From positions 36,475 to 100,474 of the forward strand of contig JAAPAO010000054.1 of the NCBI GenBank assembly GCA_013115145.1: a stretch of 64,000 nt of DNA, read 5' to 3'. Both the position numbers and the translations under genes were made by a program. This DNA comes from Perkinsus chesapeaki ATCC PRA-425. Lineage: Eukaryota; Protista; Perkinsozoa. This document shows, one piece after another, positions 1-13,400 of this stretch. The number at the start of each line of letters is the position of its first letter. Position 1 is the stretch's first letter. The notes beneath the pieces were generated by a model. The model had not been told where the DNA came from. It did not search any database and saw nothing but the letters and a program-made list of their open reading frames with translations.

Positions 1-355
1 TGGTCCATATGCAAAATCACTTGCTCGTCATCGCCGCTTCCCTCACCAGTTAGATTGTCACCAGTATGCACCACCGCACCTGACAGCAGCATCATTGCAT
101 TTGCTTTATCTGTAGAAATTACTTACCGACTTTACTGTGGCGTCTTTCACTGCGCAAGTTGCCGAAAAAGACAGTTTCGAGGACTTCACCTGAGTTGAAG
201 GATTTGAGGACCGCAGAAAAGAAATCGATCACTCACCGGCTTGGTCCATAATTATGCAACTGACATCGAGATCCACTTTACCGAATGTTGTGTCCCATCC
301 CAGTCCGCACACAATTTGCTGCGTCTGAAGGGATTCATCTTTAAGATACGATACG
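1..355 (-). CDS. TerD/stress-response domain protein, 3' exons (runs off window edge)
   Basis: Spliced exons (355-239, ~189-127, ~81-1) translate to QQIVCGLGWDTTFGKVDLDVSCIIMDQAG-EVLETVFFGNLRS...GAVVHTGDNLTGEGSGDDEQVILHMD, containing the TerD hallmarks GLGWD..DLD and H.GDNLTG.G.GDDE. GT/AG sites are present at each junction. Confidence 0.85.
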
Positions 356-566
356 CTTGGCAATAATGCAGAGTAAAAGTATCTCAACACTGCTTGCCGG
401 CGGCAAGTTGCCGCGCGACTATCTGCTATCTTAATCGGCATATGAAGCCAAGCGATAAGATTATCAGCTAGTGAATGCGCGATAATCGCGGCTTGTGTTG
501 TAATAATCCCGCAGAAATAACGCAAACAATGTCTCACTGTGAGACTCATAAAATTCATCGAGAAAT

Positions 567-2018
567 CTAAGAGGATAACAACTGGAGTACATCAAGATGC
601 AAAGTCTTAAGCGGCGTATGAAGCCAAGCAATAAGACTGGGGCAGTTGTTACGTGATGAAGAGGAAGACGCTTTAAGAACTGTTACGCCAGAGTTATTTC
701 TTCGGCTCTTTTCTCGAAATATAATTAGACTTATCTTCAACCAGTAATCCCCGGTTCTTGTAGTCTCTTCGGTCGACAACCTTCGAAGGAAATGGATAAC
801 TTATACCCAGTAAATTATGGGTATGTAAATTCAATACTGCCGACGAATTCCCATTGACTAGATATGCAGCTAAGACAAACGTTGCTGCATCTAAAGTCTC
901 TCTTCGTGCGCACGCGAGGAGGTATGTGGATACGTGAAATACCTGTTAACCTTTTTGTGTGCGCCCAGTAGCATGAGCGCACACAAGCTGCCTGGGGTTA
1001 ACCTTAAGCGTCTTACACGGCCCAGACTGCCTGCGAGGCTAAACGCCTCCTCAGCCGATACTGAGCTGCTCTGCATGCATGCCAGAAGCAGAACAACTTC
1101 TCGCAGTAAGTAGGACGCCTACTGTAGGAGTACTTCTCGCGGCTTCTGCGTGCCAAAATTCGAGGAGATCAGTCTTCTAACGTCTCTGAGACTTCACAGA
1201 AAAGTCACAGAAAAGCTGAACCTTTCCAAGAAAGCGTAGAGTCAGTAGTATCAGTAGCGTGAGGAGAGGGGGTACGACAACGAAGACCCCACAGCAAGTC
1301 GTCTGAGGCCCCCTTGGCTTGCCTCCTGGATCTCAACGTTACCGGCCATACCATGTTCAATTTGGAAGTATGCCATCACTTCCTCTGGCCACTTGCACGT
1401 TCCTCGGTTTTAGTATAGCGCGTGGATCAAGAAACGACGCAGCCATATAGACGTGCCCAGTATTGCTGAGCGAGCAATATCATTGTTACCCACGACCGAA
1501 GCATCTTTGAAGTACTTTGAGAGGTGTGATGCGAGTCGCATCACACCTCTGATCACCAGCTCTTCATCAGGTGGGGATATCCTATCATTTGCCTTCATAT
1601 GCCTACCTATCCTATCGGACGGTCTCAGACCGTCGGTCTGCGGTCCATGCATTGTCGCTGATACCTCGCCAATCCATCTCAATAGGTAGAGAACCAAGAT
1701 AAAAGATAGAAAGTTTAATTCCACCCAGCTACAACATCTCTGGGTTGTCGAACAGAGAGAACTACAACACCACTAACTTGCGGCACTAAGGCTTCCACAG
1801 TTCATCTTAATCCTTTGGAAGCAACAAAGGCACTCCGTTCTCGGAACACCAGACGCTGAGTCTGACGGGTCGGCTCTCCTCCACTTCGGTACCCGAAGTG
1901 GAAATGAACTACCCGAAGTTCGGCTCTCAAGAAAACTTTTCTTGCGAATGGTAGGAGGCATTGTTGGAGACATTAAGAGGAAAACACTAGATAATCGATA
2001 CAGTGGGTAGTCCTTCAA
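567..2018 (-). CDS. Probable upstream exons of the TerD-domain gene (N-terminal region of unknown function)
   Basis: Several co-oriented minus-strand ORF pieces (779-567, 1076-891, 1724-1410, 2018-1773) with plausible splice sites; no recognisable domain; start codon not determined. Confidence 0.35.
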
Positions 2019-2171
2019 CGCGTTAACTGAGGCCCTTATGATAAGAGTCTCAGTAAACGTGTTATGATAAGGGCCTTATCCTAGATCTTGCAGTCTTCCC
2101 TGTCTTTGACATGCGAAACTTGCATGACCCAATTACAAAATCACAAAATACACGTGAACCAAATTTCGCCG

Positions 2172-2255
2172 CAATTACTACGGCCCCGTAAAACGGGACG
2201 GTACGGATAGATTTCCGTAATCGTAACCGTATATTACGGGCCGCAACCGTAATTG
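2172..2255. repeat. Short imperfect inverted-repeat element rich in CCGTAA/TTACGG motifs
   Basis: caattactacggccccgtaa (2172-2191) pairs imperfectly with ttacgggccgcaaccgtaattg (2234-2255); ccgta/tacgg motifs recur in between. Confidence 0.45.
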
Positions 2256-4431
2256 TGCCCATATATAATTTATTGCATGCCCGACTACCGTTTGAAATGC
2301 AAGCAGCGACTTGCTGTGCCGAAGGTTTCGAGGCTTACATTTTGGCCGAAGTCAAAGACGTTTCCCTTTTGCATTTGGAAGTTGACGGCACATACCGCAT
2401 TTTGCCCAGATCCCGCAGCGCTAGGGATATAACGACGAACCACCTGGGCAAAGCAGTACTACTTGAATAAGCACAAGTCAAAAGCGCTTAGCAGCGGACT
2501 TTATGGTGATTAATTTGCATCCATCCATAATAATAGCGTGTAACAACTAGTTAGACTGGACAGTAGAAAAGACAATGCAAAGAGCAAGTAGAAGAAGCTC
2601 GACTCGGAGTGCCCCACTGTTCGTTCATTAAAGATGGCTCGTTTTCCCAGATGTGCTTTGTAATAGTAATTCATAATATCAAACTGTCTTCATAGTGATA
2701 CTATATCCTTCTAAACGATAATAGTGGGATCTACCTGAGTGAGCGATGGCAGAACATCCATGAAGTGCTGGCCATCGCAAGGATCACTCAAAGCATCGAA
2801 TGCAAACCCGCCAGTGGACGTCCCTGGAAATATAACACATTCTTAGCGGAGCGAAGTTATCCTTTACTATTACGATAGAACGCTCCAACAATCAAAGCTC
2901 TAAACTTACCGTATTGGCTCATAACAGTTTGGAAGACCTGGAAAAAGGCGTAAAGTAAAAGTCAACATTTCTGGTGCTATTACCGGTGCTCGGTTGACTT
3001 CGTCTGTGACTATCACCGTGCCACTTTTAACCTGTCCTAGGGACCCTCCGGTGTAACAAAAAACAGCTATAATTATTAAAGGGACGTTTTGGGGCATCTT
3101 GGCACTGAAAAGCATAGAAGTCGTGGCCACCCCCTCGGATGAAATACTGGGATGCTTGAAAATGCTCTAAGCTTATACCAAGTTGTCTGCTTTTTACCAA
3201 CTCACTCCATTTTTCACCAATTTTTACATTTTTACCAATTTATCCTAGCTAAGTAATATGGTATCACCAACTTGTTTGCCATTTTACCGATTCGTCCCGT
3301 ATTATGAACCATTTGCAGTAGACAACGGTGATAATAGACCTCATTTCACTGCCCACTAACCATAACCACATATTACAGATTTAGCGTCACTTTCTCATCC
3401 ACTCCTTCTGTTTTCCCATCTAGTTCATCTCCAGAATGTACCAGTGCCTTGCCCAATGCTTTAAGATTGTTATAATAAGCACAATCGACAATAACACCTG
3501 AATAGAATGTACGGTTCTGTGAATCTTACCAAGTTGACCTTCGAAATATCTTATCACAAAAAACCGCTATAGCAAATGCACTCTCAGTAAGTGAAAATCC
3601 ATTTTTGTGAAATTGTCTTACTCCGTCGGTTGACGTAGGCGAGCACGTATACAATATTCAATCCTCTAGTCTTTTCAGACCCGAAAAAATTGTCCCTCAA
3701 ATTCGCTCACTGATAGCCGCAAAATGTACTCTTCCCGACGTTAATAACGAAGAAAAATTCAGCGAAATTTTCCCGGAAAACCCGCGAATTTCCCCTCAGT
3801 AGTGCAACCTTGTCATTATATCTGCGTGGTTATGAAAGACACACTATGCTAGCTGCCAGTGCATCCTATGACCAAGAGTCGGGAAATCCCTCCTGTCCCC
3901 AGATGAGATTGTTTTTGGAATTTGCCTCACCTCTGTTATCGACAGCAACCGCCTGTATATCAACATCGATTGGCTGCCCATCGGCAAAGTCCCATAATAC
4001 GCCTACTGAGTAGGAACCGTTAGGGGAGAGCAATATGGACATTACGGTGGAGAAAATAGGAGCTAGAGAGAAAGCTTATTAACCGGAAAAAAGTGCAATT
4101 TTTATGCGTTAATTTCGGCGAGGCAATGTAGATTCCAGACCGGTTGTCAACTTGTGCTTAGAAAAAGGATTTCACACGGCAATTTCAATTCAACCTACAC
4201 ACCACTACACCTAGAAGTAGAATGCGATTTTGGGCGAGCGCTGAATTAACAACGCATTTTCGAGATAGGCGTCTCGGCGGAAATTGGGGGAAAGAGGAGG
4301 TCCTCGGCAATGCACTTATAACGAACACGATAAGGATTCGGAAAAGTTGACGATGATCGAAACATCTGCGCAAAGTCGGATAATCGCTGCGTGGTCGCTT
4401 GAGTCAGTGTAAGTAGTTGGCGCATTTTATC

Positions 4432-7400
4432 ATGTCCGAATCAGTGCCTCGGCCAGGAGGTACCAATGCTAATGATCAATCAGCAACTACGGTAAGATCA
4501 TGATAAAATACACAGCGATGGAGGGGAAAGCGGAAAAAATATGGGTGCTTGCTTAGAAAAAAACTGACGGCACAGATATGCCAACAGCGACCTTGAAAGT
4601 ATCTTTGGTGAGACGACTTCCAGTGAAAAGTCGACTCTCTCAAGGAGGATATTCGTCGTGTGAATATCTCGGCCATTCTCCCGTTTAATTTACCTTTGAT
4701 TTCTCCTATAGTGATGATTGCTAATGCACTTCACTCGTTAACTCGGGGGTGTAACGTTGATTCCTTTCGGCGAAAACCGAATAAAGTTAAACCCGAAAAA
4801 TGCTATTGGTGTTTGTTGAAGGTAAACATATCCACTTCGAGCGGTGGTGCACAGCAACCTCAAACAATCGTGATAGTGAGCGGGATGCCTGGAGTCAGTA
4901 CATCACAAGTGGCGCCTCTTAATGTGTCACCACAGGTAAGCCTATCATCCAGGGAATTTAAATGATAAGGGGGGGGGGGGTTACAATATGCAATAGGGCT
5001 CTTTAGCATGGTAAAAGACGGTTGAAACTGCCGATCCTGTCGTGGGTCTGAAAATTGGTAGATAAATTCTGCATACTGCGGCTGCAGCATTTGAAGGGTA
5101 TATCTAATACTTGTGATATGTCATGTTGATCATAAATTACAATTAACAAACAAAGGAATTCATTGTGGTATCAGCTACTCTAGGACCGAGGTGCTTTCCT
5201 AAAATGGAGATATATATTCTTCTATAAAATATCCTCCAAAGGCAAACCGAACAACAATTATCTTTAATGGCTTCATCATCTTCTTTATCATTTCATCCGA
5301 TATATAATTACTGTGATCGGTCGACGTTGTTGTTGTTGTTGCTGTAAAGATATATTCTCCCTTTCAGTCCTTAGCGGTTGCTCCAGGCAATGAGACCAAG
5401 GAAGTGCTAAAAGCCGATAAGGAAGCTGCGAAGCGACACTTAATGATGTAAGATATCACACCTCACTTCGTTCAGCGTTTTCGGACTTTATTATTCTATG
5501 CGGGTTTATAACGTGGGTTGAAAATAGCATTTAAATGTTAAATAGGAAGGAATGGAAAATATTTTTTAATGTCGTATATTAATAGTAACTCTTCATGATT
5601 CATAATCTACGAACCTTCAATGTGTTCTCTATGCCGATTTAACTTCCCTCGAGAAACTAAACTAAAGAGGGGAAAGCAGCTGATCACTATAAGGGTGTGT
5701 GTGGTTTGTGGAGCAAAGATATTTTTGAGCTCAACTTGATGGCACCTGTAATTCCTTCAGCACTTCCTGTACTACTAGAGACCGCGAGACTGATACGTAT
5801 AAGTGGCGTTCGATCTGGAAGACCTCCAGAGCTGAACTGGTGAGTGATAATGTCCTCCGCATAAGTAACCGACTTTTTCCAGGGGGAGTTCGGCGTCGGC
5901 ATTCAGCTATACTTTGACTTCCTCCTCTACCTCGGCATCGTTCTGCTGGTAAGTCACCTGGGATCTGGTCTCTGTACCGTCAAGAGTCGCTGCTACAGTA
6001 GTGGATATAAATGTGATGATTGTGGTTATGGCATTGGTCTGTAGAACAATTCGAGACGTAGTTTTTTATTGTATGCAATTCAGGACAGAGAATTTAAGTC
6101 TTAAATTTTAAGACTTTCTTAATTGGTAATTTCGATAGTGAAGCGGAAGTTTCGTCCTACCATTGACTTGTGCAGTTTCCGTAGGCCTGTGATTCAGGTA
6201 ATGGCATGCATGGCGGCTCCTTTGCTCCATAAGGCAGCTCAAGGAGATCTAGCCGGAGTTGGTGCCAACATTATGGTCAAGTCTTCGATAGGAAATATTG
6301 GTGAATGTGGAAGATTCGGAGAGATCTGCACAGATGTTACCTACGTAAGCTCTCCCCCCCCTCCGCCCGCATCACGATCATGTCATCACTCAGATTCCGT
6401 ATCGTAAACTCAATCCTGGTTCGGACGTTATGTTAAGGGAACGCACTCCTCTCTATGGTGGTTTGGACTCTGGTAAGTGTCGTGAATTTCGTGGCGCGCG
6501 GTCAAGTTGTTATTAGGTGCAATTGTGGTGCTGCTTTTATTTGCTTTTGTATTCTACTCGGTGCATATAAAAAGAACTGTCAGAGTAAGCCGGAAATTTA
6601 GGAAAAATTCTTGGGAAAATTTTTTCAGCAACAAGACGAGGACAATGTTACTCCCAGCGACTTTGCGATTCACGTGATGGACTTGCCGAAGCGTGTTGGC
6701 AGCACACCACAGGAGCATGCTCTTTATGCCGAAAAATTGAAGGAACATTTCGAAAAGTGAGCAGCAGACCGAACATAACTACAGTCTTTGTTGAAAAAAT
6801 AACTTAGCGGGATTCCTTGGCGACTCTGTGGGCATTTTCCTACACTTCTTGTGAATGGCGACGCCTGATAAGGTTGGAATACTTGAACTGTTCCAGTTTA
6901 AAGCATATGCGATGCTCACTAGAGCAGTAGCACATGGGACGAGCCGTCATCTTAAGGTAGTTGAATTTTCAATAGCACATTCAGTTTTGAGAGCTTTTAC
7001 TTCCACTTCACTAATTTTTATTTTTACTCGGATTTTTAAGCTTTTCAACGTGAATACAATAAGCTGTTGATAAATACATTATACGGTGATGAGCGGATTT
7101 ATATGGTTAATGTGGTCGTTCGTGACTAGAGAGGAGCCTTAATAAGGTGCCTTATTATTTCTCTTCTATTGTCACAGTATGCTGCAGGATCTTATCTTGT
7201 AGGTTGGTCAAGGATATGCCTGATGACGGCGTCGAGAGAGATCCCGATCAGCCGGTCGTCTGCGAGGTCGCTCTCGCCAGGGACTACGATGGAGCTATTC
7301 GCAATTTCCTGGGACAAGTAGGGTTAGAAAAACGGCTAAGTTGATTGGCCTTCCATGAACAGGGGAAACTATACATTGAAAAACGTGAATTGGAAGCACA

Positions 7401-10400
7401 AGCGGCTGAGCTGTATTCGACAGGGAAAGCGGTAAGTCGTCTTTGACTGTAATTCATTGACGTATCGACATGCGTAATTTGGGCCGAATCTTAAGGCAGC
7501 AGCCAGCGACACTTGTGGCACTTTTCATACTCGATAAGTCTGTTCGTGGATGGTCGTGATAAAATCGCCGTCTCTGAGTTGAAGGTCCTCCAGGCTTGTT
7601 TGAGGCTCCTCCATGAGCTTGACATTTCACCTGTCTCCTATTTGACTCGCTCTTGCTGTCAGTTTACTAGAGGCAAGTCTGCGTGAACTTTTAGAACAAC
7701 TATAATTCAATGTATTAGCTATAGTTCATGGATTAATCATTATTAATGGTTCCTCTCAATCTGATTCGGAGAGCTCATTATGTTAGACATGTCGCGTTTC
7801 TTGTCATGTGAAATCTGAGCTATGACCTATTACGGATTAGTTCCGTAATGAAAGGCTTGCGGCGGGGTTTGGATTTCAGTGGTATGCAGCAGTTCTGTCC
7901 ATGTGCAGAAAAAAGCAAGGAAACTCGAGCAGAAAATTGCCGCTATCGACGCCAAGTTGGAAAAAATGAGTAACAATGTTAAGTCACAGAAGGACAAGAT
8001 GGATGTTGAGCGAGACGTAGGAGGTCGACGTAAGATACGCTATACGAAGCTGTTCTTCTTTTCAGGTCTGCCAGGCTCATGTCATCTTCAACGAGGAGGC
8101 GTATAAAAAGTTCATCTTACATCGATATCGCTTCTCTGGCTCTTGGCTTTGGCGCTTGGTAAGTTGGTGCGCCGATTGTTTTGTTTCGGAGAAAATCTTA
8201 AAACTTTTAAATCTTAAAAAAGATTTCCTCCGAGAAAGTGACAATTGAGGAGATCGATGAAGCTTTTTCTTTCTTTTACAGCAGGCTTGCATTCCTTCTT
8301 CCCCTAAATTTCGCGGAACTTTCTCGGATATCTTCGCATTCACGATGTATGTTTGAGAGATCCCTCCAGCCTGCTGAAAATCGAGGAGTTGTCGAACTCT
8401 ATGTTATCCACATAATGTAGAGATTCACGTTGGAGCGTCCGAAGGTATATTGCATTGGTTATTGGTTTTTCAGTGCCAAGCTCGCGTATTGCGCTTTGAA
8501 GGTCAAGCCTTGAACGTGAAGCAAGCCTACGAGCCCAGCAATATATACTGTGAAAATCTTGATTTTAACCAACGCAGTGCGAGCAGGAGGAGAACTTTCA
8601 CATGCTGTATAAGCTTCTTCTTACTTGTCATATCATGCATTCTACTCGTTATAGCCAAGAGTAAGTTGAGGCGCGGTCCGCGGAATTAGGCGGCCTAATT
8701 ACAATTCAATCCTCGAACCTCCCTCCCAATCGCCGAACTATACAGGCGCCCAATGCGATAGTTTGCAGAAATTCTTACCTACAATGTCATTGGCCGTGTG
8801 CGGTCTCGATACGGTTTGCGGTTTTCCGAAGGAGTGACTCTACCGTCTGTGCCATAGACTCCATGGAAATAGTTATAGTACTCTTCGAGGAGCACCATTA
8901 GTAAAAACTGGCATTGGTGGCGTGATGAGCTGTGTATTGCTGTGTATTGGACAAGTTTGACTACCCTTTTTCTAGGGTTATATCAACAAGATAATTTGCA
9001 CGACGATTGCTTCTCGCACCTTTTTGTCTCATCGTCGGATTTCGAGCACGATTCTTCTTCAGTCGCTGGTATACCTAGAGACGCTGCTCCAGTCGGAAAC
9101 AAAGATATCTGGATCATCGGAAATTACAGTCGTCCAGAAGGTGATGGATGCTTTGAGATATGTGACGTACAGATGTACTCTGATGAGAATTGTCAAGATA
9201 ATTTATTTGGCACAATTGGTGTTGAAAAGGTAAGAATTCCGGTGTGAAATAGACACTTCGACGAGATACATTACCGGACGATGAGATGTTGCCGATCGGC
9301 TCCCCTTGTAGAAATAATCCATTTCTTGGCCTTCAGTATTAACGATTCTAGCGTGAACTATTCACCTTTTCTAACAAACGCGAACTACTGTAATGTATCG
9401 GTTGTTCCAACTCACCCAGGACTCCCTCCCTTGCACCCATTATTTGACGGCCGTAATTGTTTGTGTACACATTTTTTTCAGGTTTTCGACTCCACCGGTG
9501 ATATCAAGGTTATGAACCCCATGTCACATGAAGCGGTTGATGGTGTTGGTTTCAACAGTCTAACTAACGCTGTTAATAACTTATCCATCTGCAGCAGTAC
9601 AACCTGGTCTCCTCGGACATGTGAGATTTTCTGCATTCTTATCACGTATTCACGTCCTCGTTAGGTGTTGAACCAGATGAACTGGATACCCTTAGGAGGC
9701 GTCGGTTATCGCCGGTCCGTGAACTGTCAGGGAGCTTCTTGGAGATGAAACCCTTAACAGGATCTTTCAGGCAACCGAGAGTAAGGGGCAATTACGTGTT
9801 CTTGAAAAGTCCTGCATGACGCGAACATGGTATCCTTCAAAGTGGTCAATAGACTTTTAATTCTACGCAATGTCTTTGAGATTAAGCCTGAAATAGGCTC
9901 TAGTACGCGTTGAGGACGTCACTTTTTTGTGGGGCGAGAAAGTGTCGAAACTTAGTTGCCAGGCACCGGTCAAAAACCCCATTGAGTTACTCGACACCGT
10001 CAGCGTCGTCTCGGTGGTTAGCAGGTAAAAAAAAGTGCGAAAATTCTACCGAATTCAACAAAAATTTCAGACCGCCTAGGCCGCAGCGGCGTCGCTGGGG
10101 AAAAGTAAAATCCCGACGCAGACGCACTCAAGAGACCTATGAGGAATACGCCACCGCACCGGACCCGCTCGAGGGAAAACACATGACACTTCGAATGAGC
10201 GGCCACATCCCGGATCAGGGTGCAATTCGCAATGCTATCAAGCGCGGATTTGGACCGTCTGTCCATATCGAAACCAAACACCACGCGGGTACCCCTTTGA
10301 ATGACGACGACTTTACACTTGAGGAGACACCACAGGAACCCGCTGCCGAAACCGTTTGCTCGGAGAAGCAGCTTGCCAACGAAATTACCTTGCTCGATGC

Positions 10401-13400
10401 CGGCACGGCAACTGACTTTGCAAGCGCTGAATTCGTTGACGTTGAGCTTACGGTCTGCGGCAGTATAGAAGCCATCACATGTGCCGAAAGAAAACTAACT
10501 ATTGCGGACGAGACAATTATGGCCTCCACTGTACTGTACGGTGGCATCGCTACTTTCAATGTCTCGTACGAAGTGCTGGACGGGTGTCCAGTCTCTCATG
10601 ATGATACCGCAGGCACTCCCTATGGGCCTGATCCTTACCCCGATTCTAAGCATGTGAATTTCAGCATTCGAGGATCATTGGATCAGTCTGCGACCCGTGA
10701 TGCGTTATACCAAACGTTTGGTTCACACGTTCACCTCGAAGCCCATTATGTGGTTGGAAATGAGCCTGCTAGCTTGTGGATGAGCGAGACTGAGAGTCTG
10801 TCTGGAGAAACCGGAGATGACCTAGCTAACTTTTCCTGTGACGTCAAATTGCTGGCCACGGCGCTGACGTCGCTGAAAAGTGCTCCCGCTGGCGACTTCA
10901 CGTTTGATCAAGCTGACATCCTCTTGACTGCATGTGGGCCCGAGGTCGTGATAAGCTGTATCGAGCAACAAGTGGAGGCTGCTAAGAGCGAACTTGAATT
11001 ACAGAGCAGTGTATCGTATGCCGGAATCGAGAACATTTCTATCGACTCTACCCCTACAGACGGGTGTCCTGGAGAGGGGCTCAATGGTCCTCAACACCCG
11101 CATGTGGAAGATCCTAACTTCCCGTCGAAGCACGTCAATTTCAGCATTCGAGGATCATTGGATCAGTCTGCGATCCGTGATGCGTTATACCAAACGCTTG
11201 GTTCACACGTTCACCTCGAAGCCCATTATGTGGTTGGAAATGAGCCTGCTAGCTTGTGGATGAGCGAGACTGAGAGTCTGTCTGGAGAAACCGGAGATGA
11301 CCTAGCTAACTTTTCCTGTGACGTCAAATTGCTGGCCACGGCGCTGACGTCGCTGAAAAGTGCTCCCGCTGGTGACTTCACGTTTGATCAAGCTGACATC
11401 CTCTTGACTGCATGTGGGCCCGAGGTCGTGATAAGCTGTATCGAGCAACAAGTGGAGGCTGCTAAGAGCGAACTTGAATTACAGAGCAGTGTATCGTATG
11501 CCGGGATCGAAAGCATCTCCTTGGAGTCTACCTCGCTTGATGGATGTCCTGGTGATATAGGCCATTTCTATAATGGTACCGAACCTCCATATGATCCCTA
11601 CTTCCACTCGAAGCATTTGAATTTCAGCATCACTGGACCACTAGACCAGTTTGCAATTTACGATGCCCTTCATAAAACGTTCGGTCCCCAAGTTCGTCTT
11701 GAAGCTAAATACATGGCCGGGTACGAGCCCAGCAGTCTGCCGATGACCCAACTTGAGGAGGGTGCCGGTGGAGTCGGCGAGGACCCCCCTCCTTTCGTAT
11801 GTGACGCCGAATTGCTTGCCAGCACACTTACATTGCTGAAAAGCGCCCCACTCAGTGACTTCACATTCGACCCCGCCAATGTTGTTTTCACAGTATGTGG
11901 TCCAAACGACATCGTAGATTGCATAGAGCAACAAGTGAAGACTGCTAGTAGCACACTATTGAGTCAAACTGATATATCTTATGCTGGGATCGAGAGCCTT
12001 GCTCTCGAATCCGCAGCCATAGACGGTTGCCCAGGAGACTTCCACAATGGCCCTGACTATCCGAACATGGACATGTTCCGGAAACATGTCGAGTTCGAGC
12101 TCCGGGGATACATGGATCAAGCCTCCGTGAAGCATGCTTTCGAACAAGGTCTAGGTCCATCAGTTTGGCTCGACGCGTTCCCAATCGAGGGCCACATGCT
12201 CGACTTGCCTCCTGAGGAGTTCAACTCCACAATGCCTATGGATGAGGGCGGTTACTCTGCTCTAATATCAAATTCCACAACCTGCGCACCTAATTCTTTG
12301 GTTAAATCCCTAGAGGTGGTTAATCGTGGGACAGAAGAAGATTTTAAGTCTGGTAACGAAATGCTACATATGAGGGTAACCGCCTGTGCCACAGAGGAGG
12401 AAGTTGGCTGTTTGCTTGAGAAGCTACAGCTCGCCTCCGACTTAGTGGCCAATTCGGGAGATTCGCTCTATGCTGGGATAAGTATGATGCACGTTAATGA
12501 CACTGTATATGAAGGATGCCCGAATAATCCTCACGGCGAGGAACCTTATGACCCGTACGAATGGCCTGAGGGTGTTCAGAGTCAGAAGTTTGTTGTGAAG
12601 GGGAATATAAATATGAAAGATGAGGCAATCGGGAACGCTTTCGACACTGCAATGGGGCATTTCGCCGGCTTCCAGGAAGACTACTCCTCACGTGCGTACG
12701 GCAACCGAAGGCTTTCTAAGATCGGCAGGCGTCTTCAGAGCGCTTCTGGAGCATTCGAGTGCAATGAGACCGCTTTGGAGAAGGAACTCATGGGCTTACA
12801 GCTCATCGCCGCGACTGACGCGGCAATCCAATGGCCGTACGTCGAGCTCCAGATAGTGGCATGCTCTATGGAAAGTGAGTGTGTGACAAAACAGCTGCAG
12901 AATGCTGCGACCATGCTGGCAAAATCATCATCGGCGGGTAATACATATGCTGGGTTGTCGGCCATTGATGTCGATGGTGTGATTACTAATGGATGCCCAC
13001 ATATATATGACCCATATCCAGGTGGTGAATATCCCTATTACGAGAATATGAGCAGTATCAGACTTACCGTTGTCGGCTCGTGGGACGAGGAAACCGTTAA
13101 GAATTTGGTGGAAAACGCCTTCGGTTATGACATTTTCATGGATGCCATTCTTTTGCCTGCCGATGACAAGTCGAATGATCCAATCCCATACGCCGCATCT
13201 GAAGAGGCTGTTGGTGATACGCAAAATCCAGAGTGTGAAGAGGATACACTTGTCAAAATGATGGAGAGCCTTCCCGTGGGAGCTCCTGGCACTGGTGGAC
13301 GCAAGAAGGCGGAGATAACTGCATGTGGTGAGAAAATGAAGATCATATGCATAGGCAGAATGCTAGAAAAAGCGCGAGAATACTCGTCGAGCTTATCGAG

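Noticed and set aside
3170-3300. Short TTTTACCAA-like repeats and the 13-G run at 4968-4980
   Set aside because: Low-complexity sequence with no associated termini or ORF.
7520-7630. Antisense peptide KLMEEPQTSLEDLQLRDGDFIT resembling a ubiquitin-like C-terminus inside a channel intron
   Set aside because: Only ~25 residues, bounded by stops, with no supporting exons.
9910-10100. ORF-track start of the 2267-aa ORF as a standalone gene
   Set aside because: It begins at a non-ATG codon in A/T-tract intron-like sequence, lacks a signal peptide, and has acceptor sites near 10070-10130 and a donor at ~16615; it is better explained as an internal exon.
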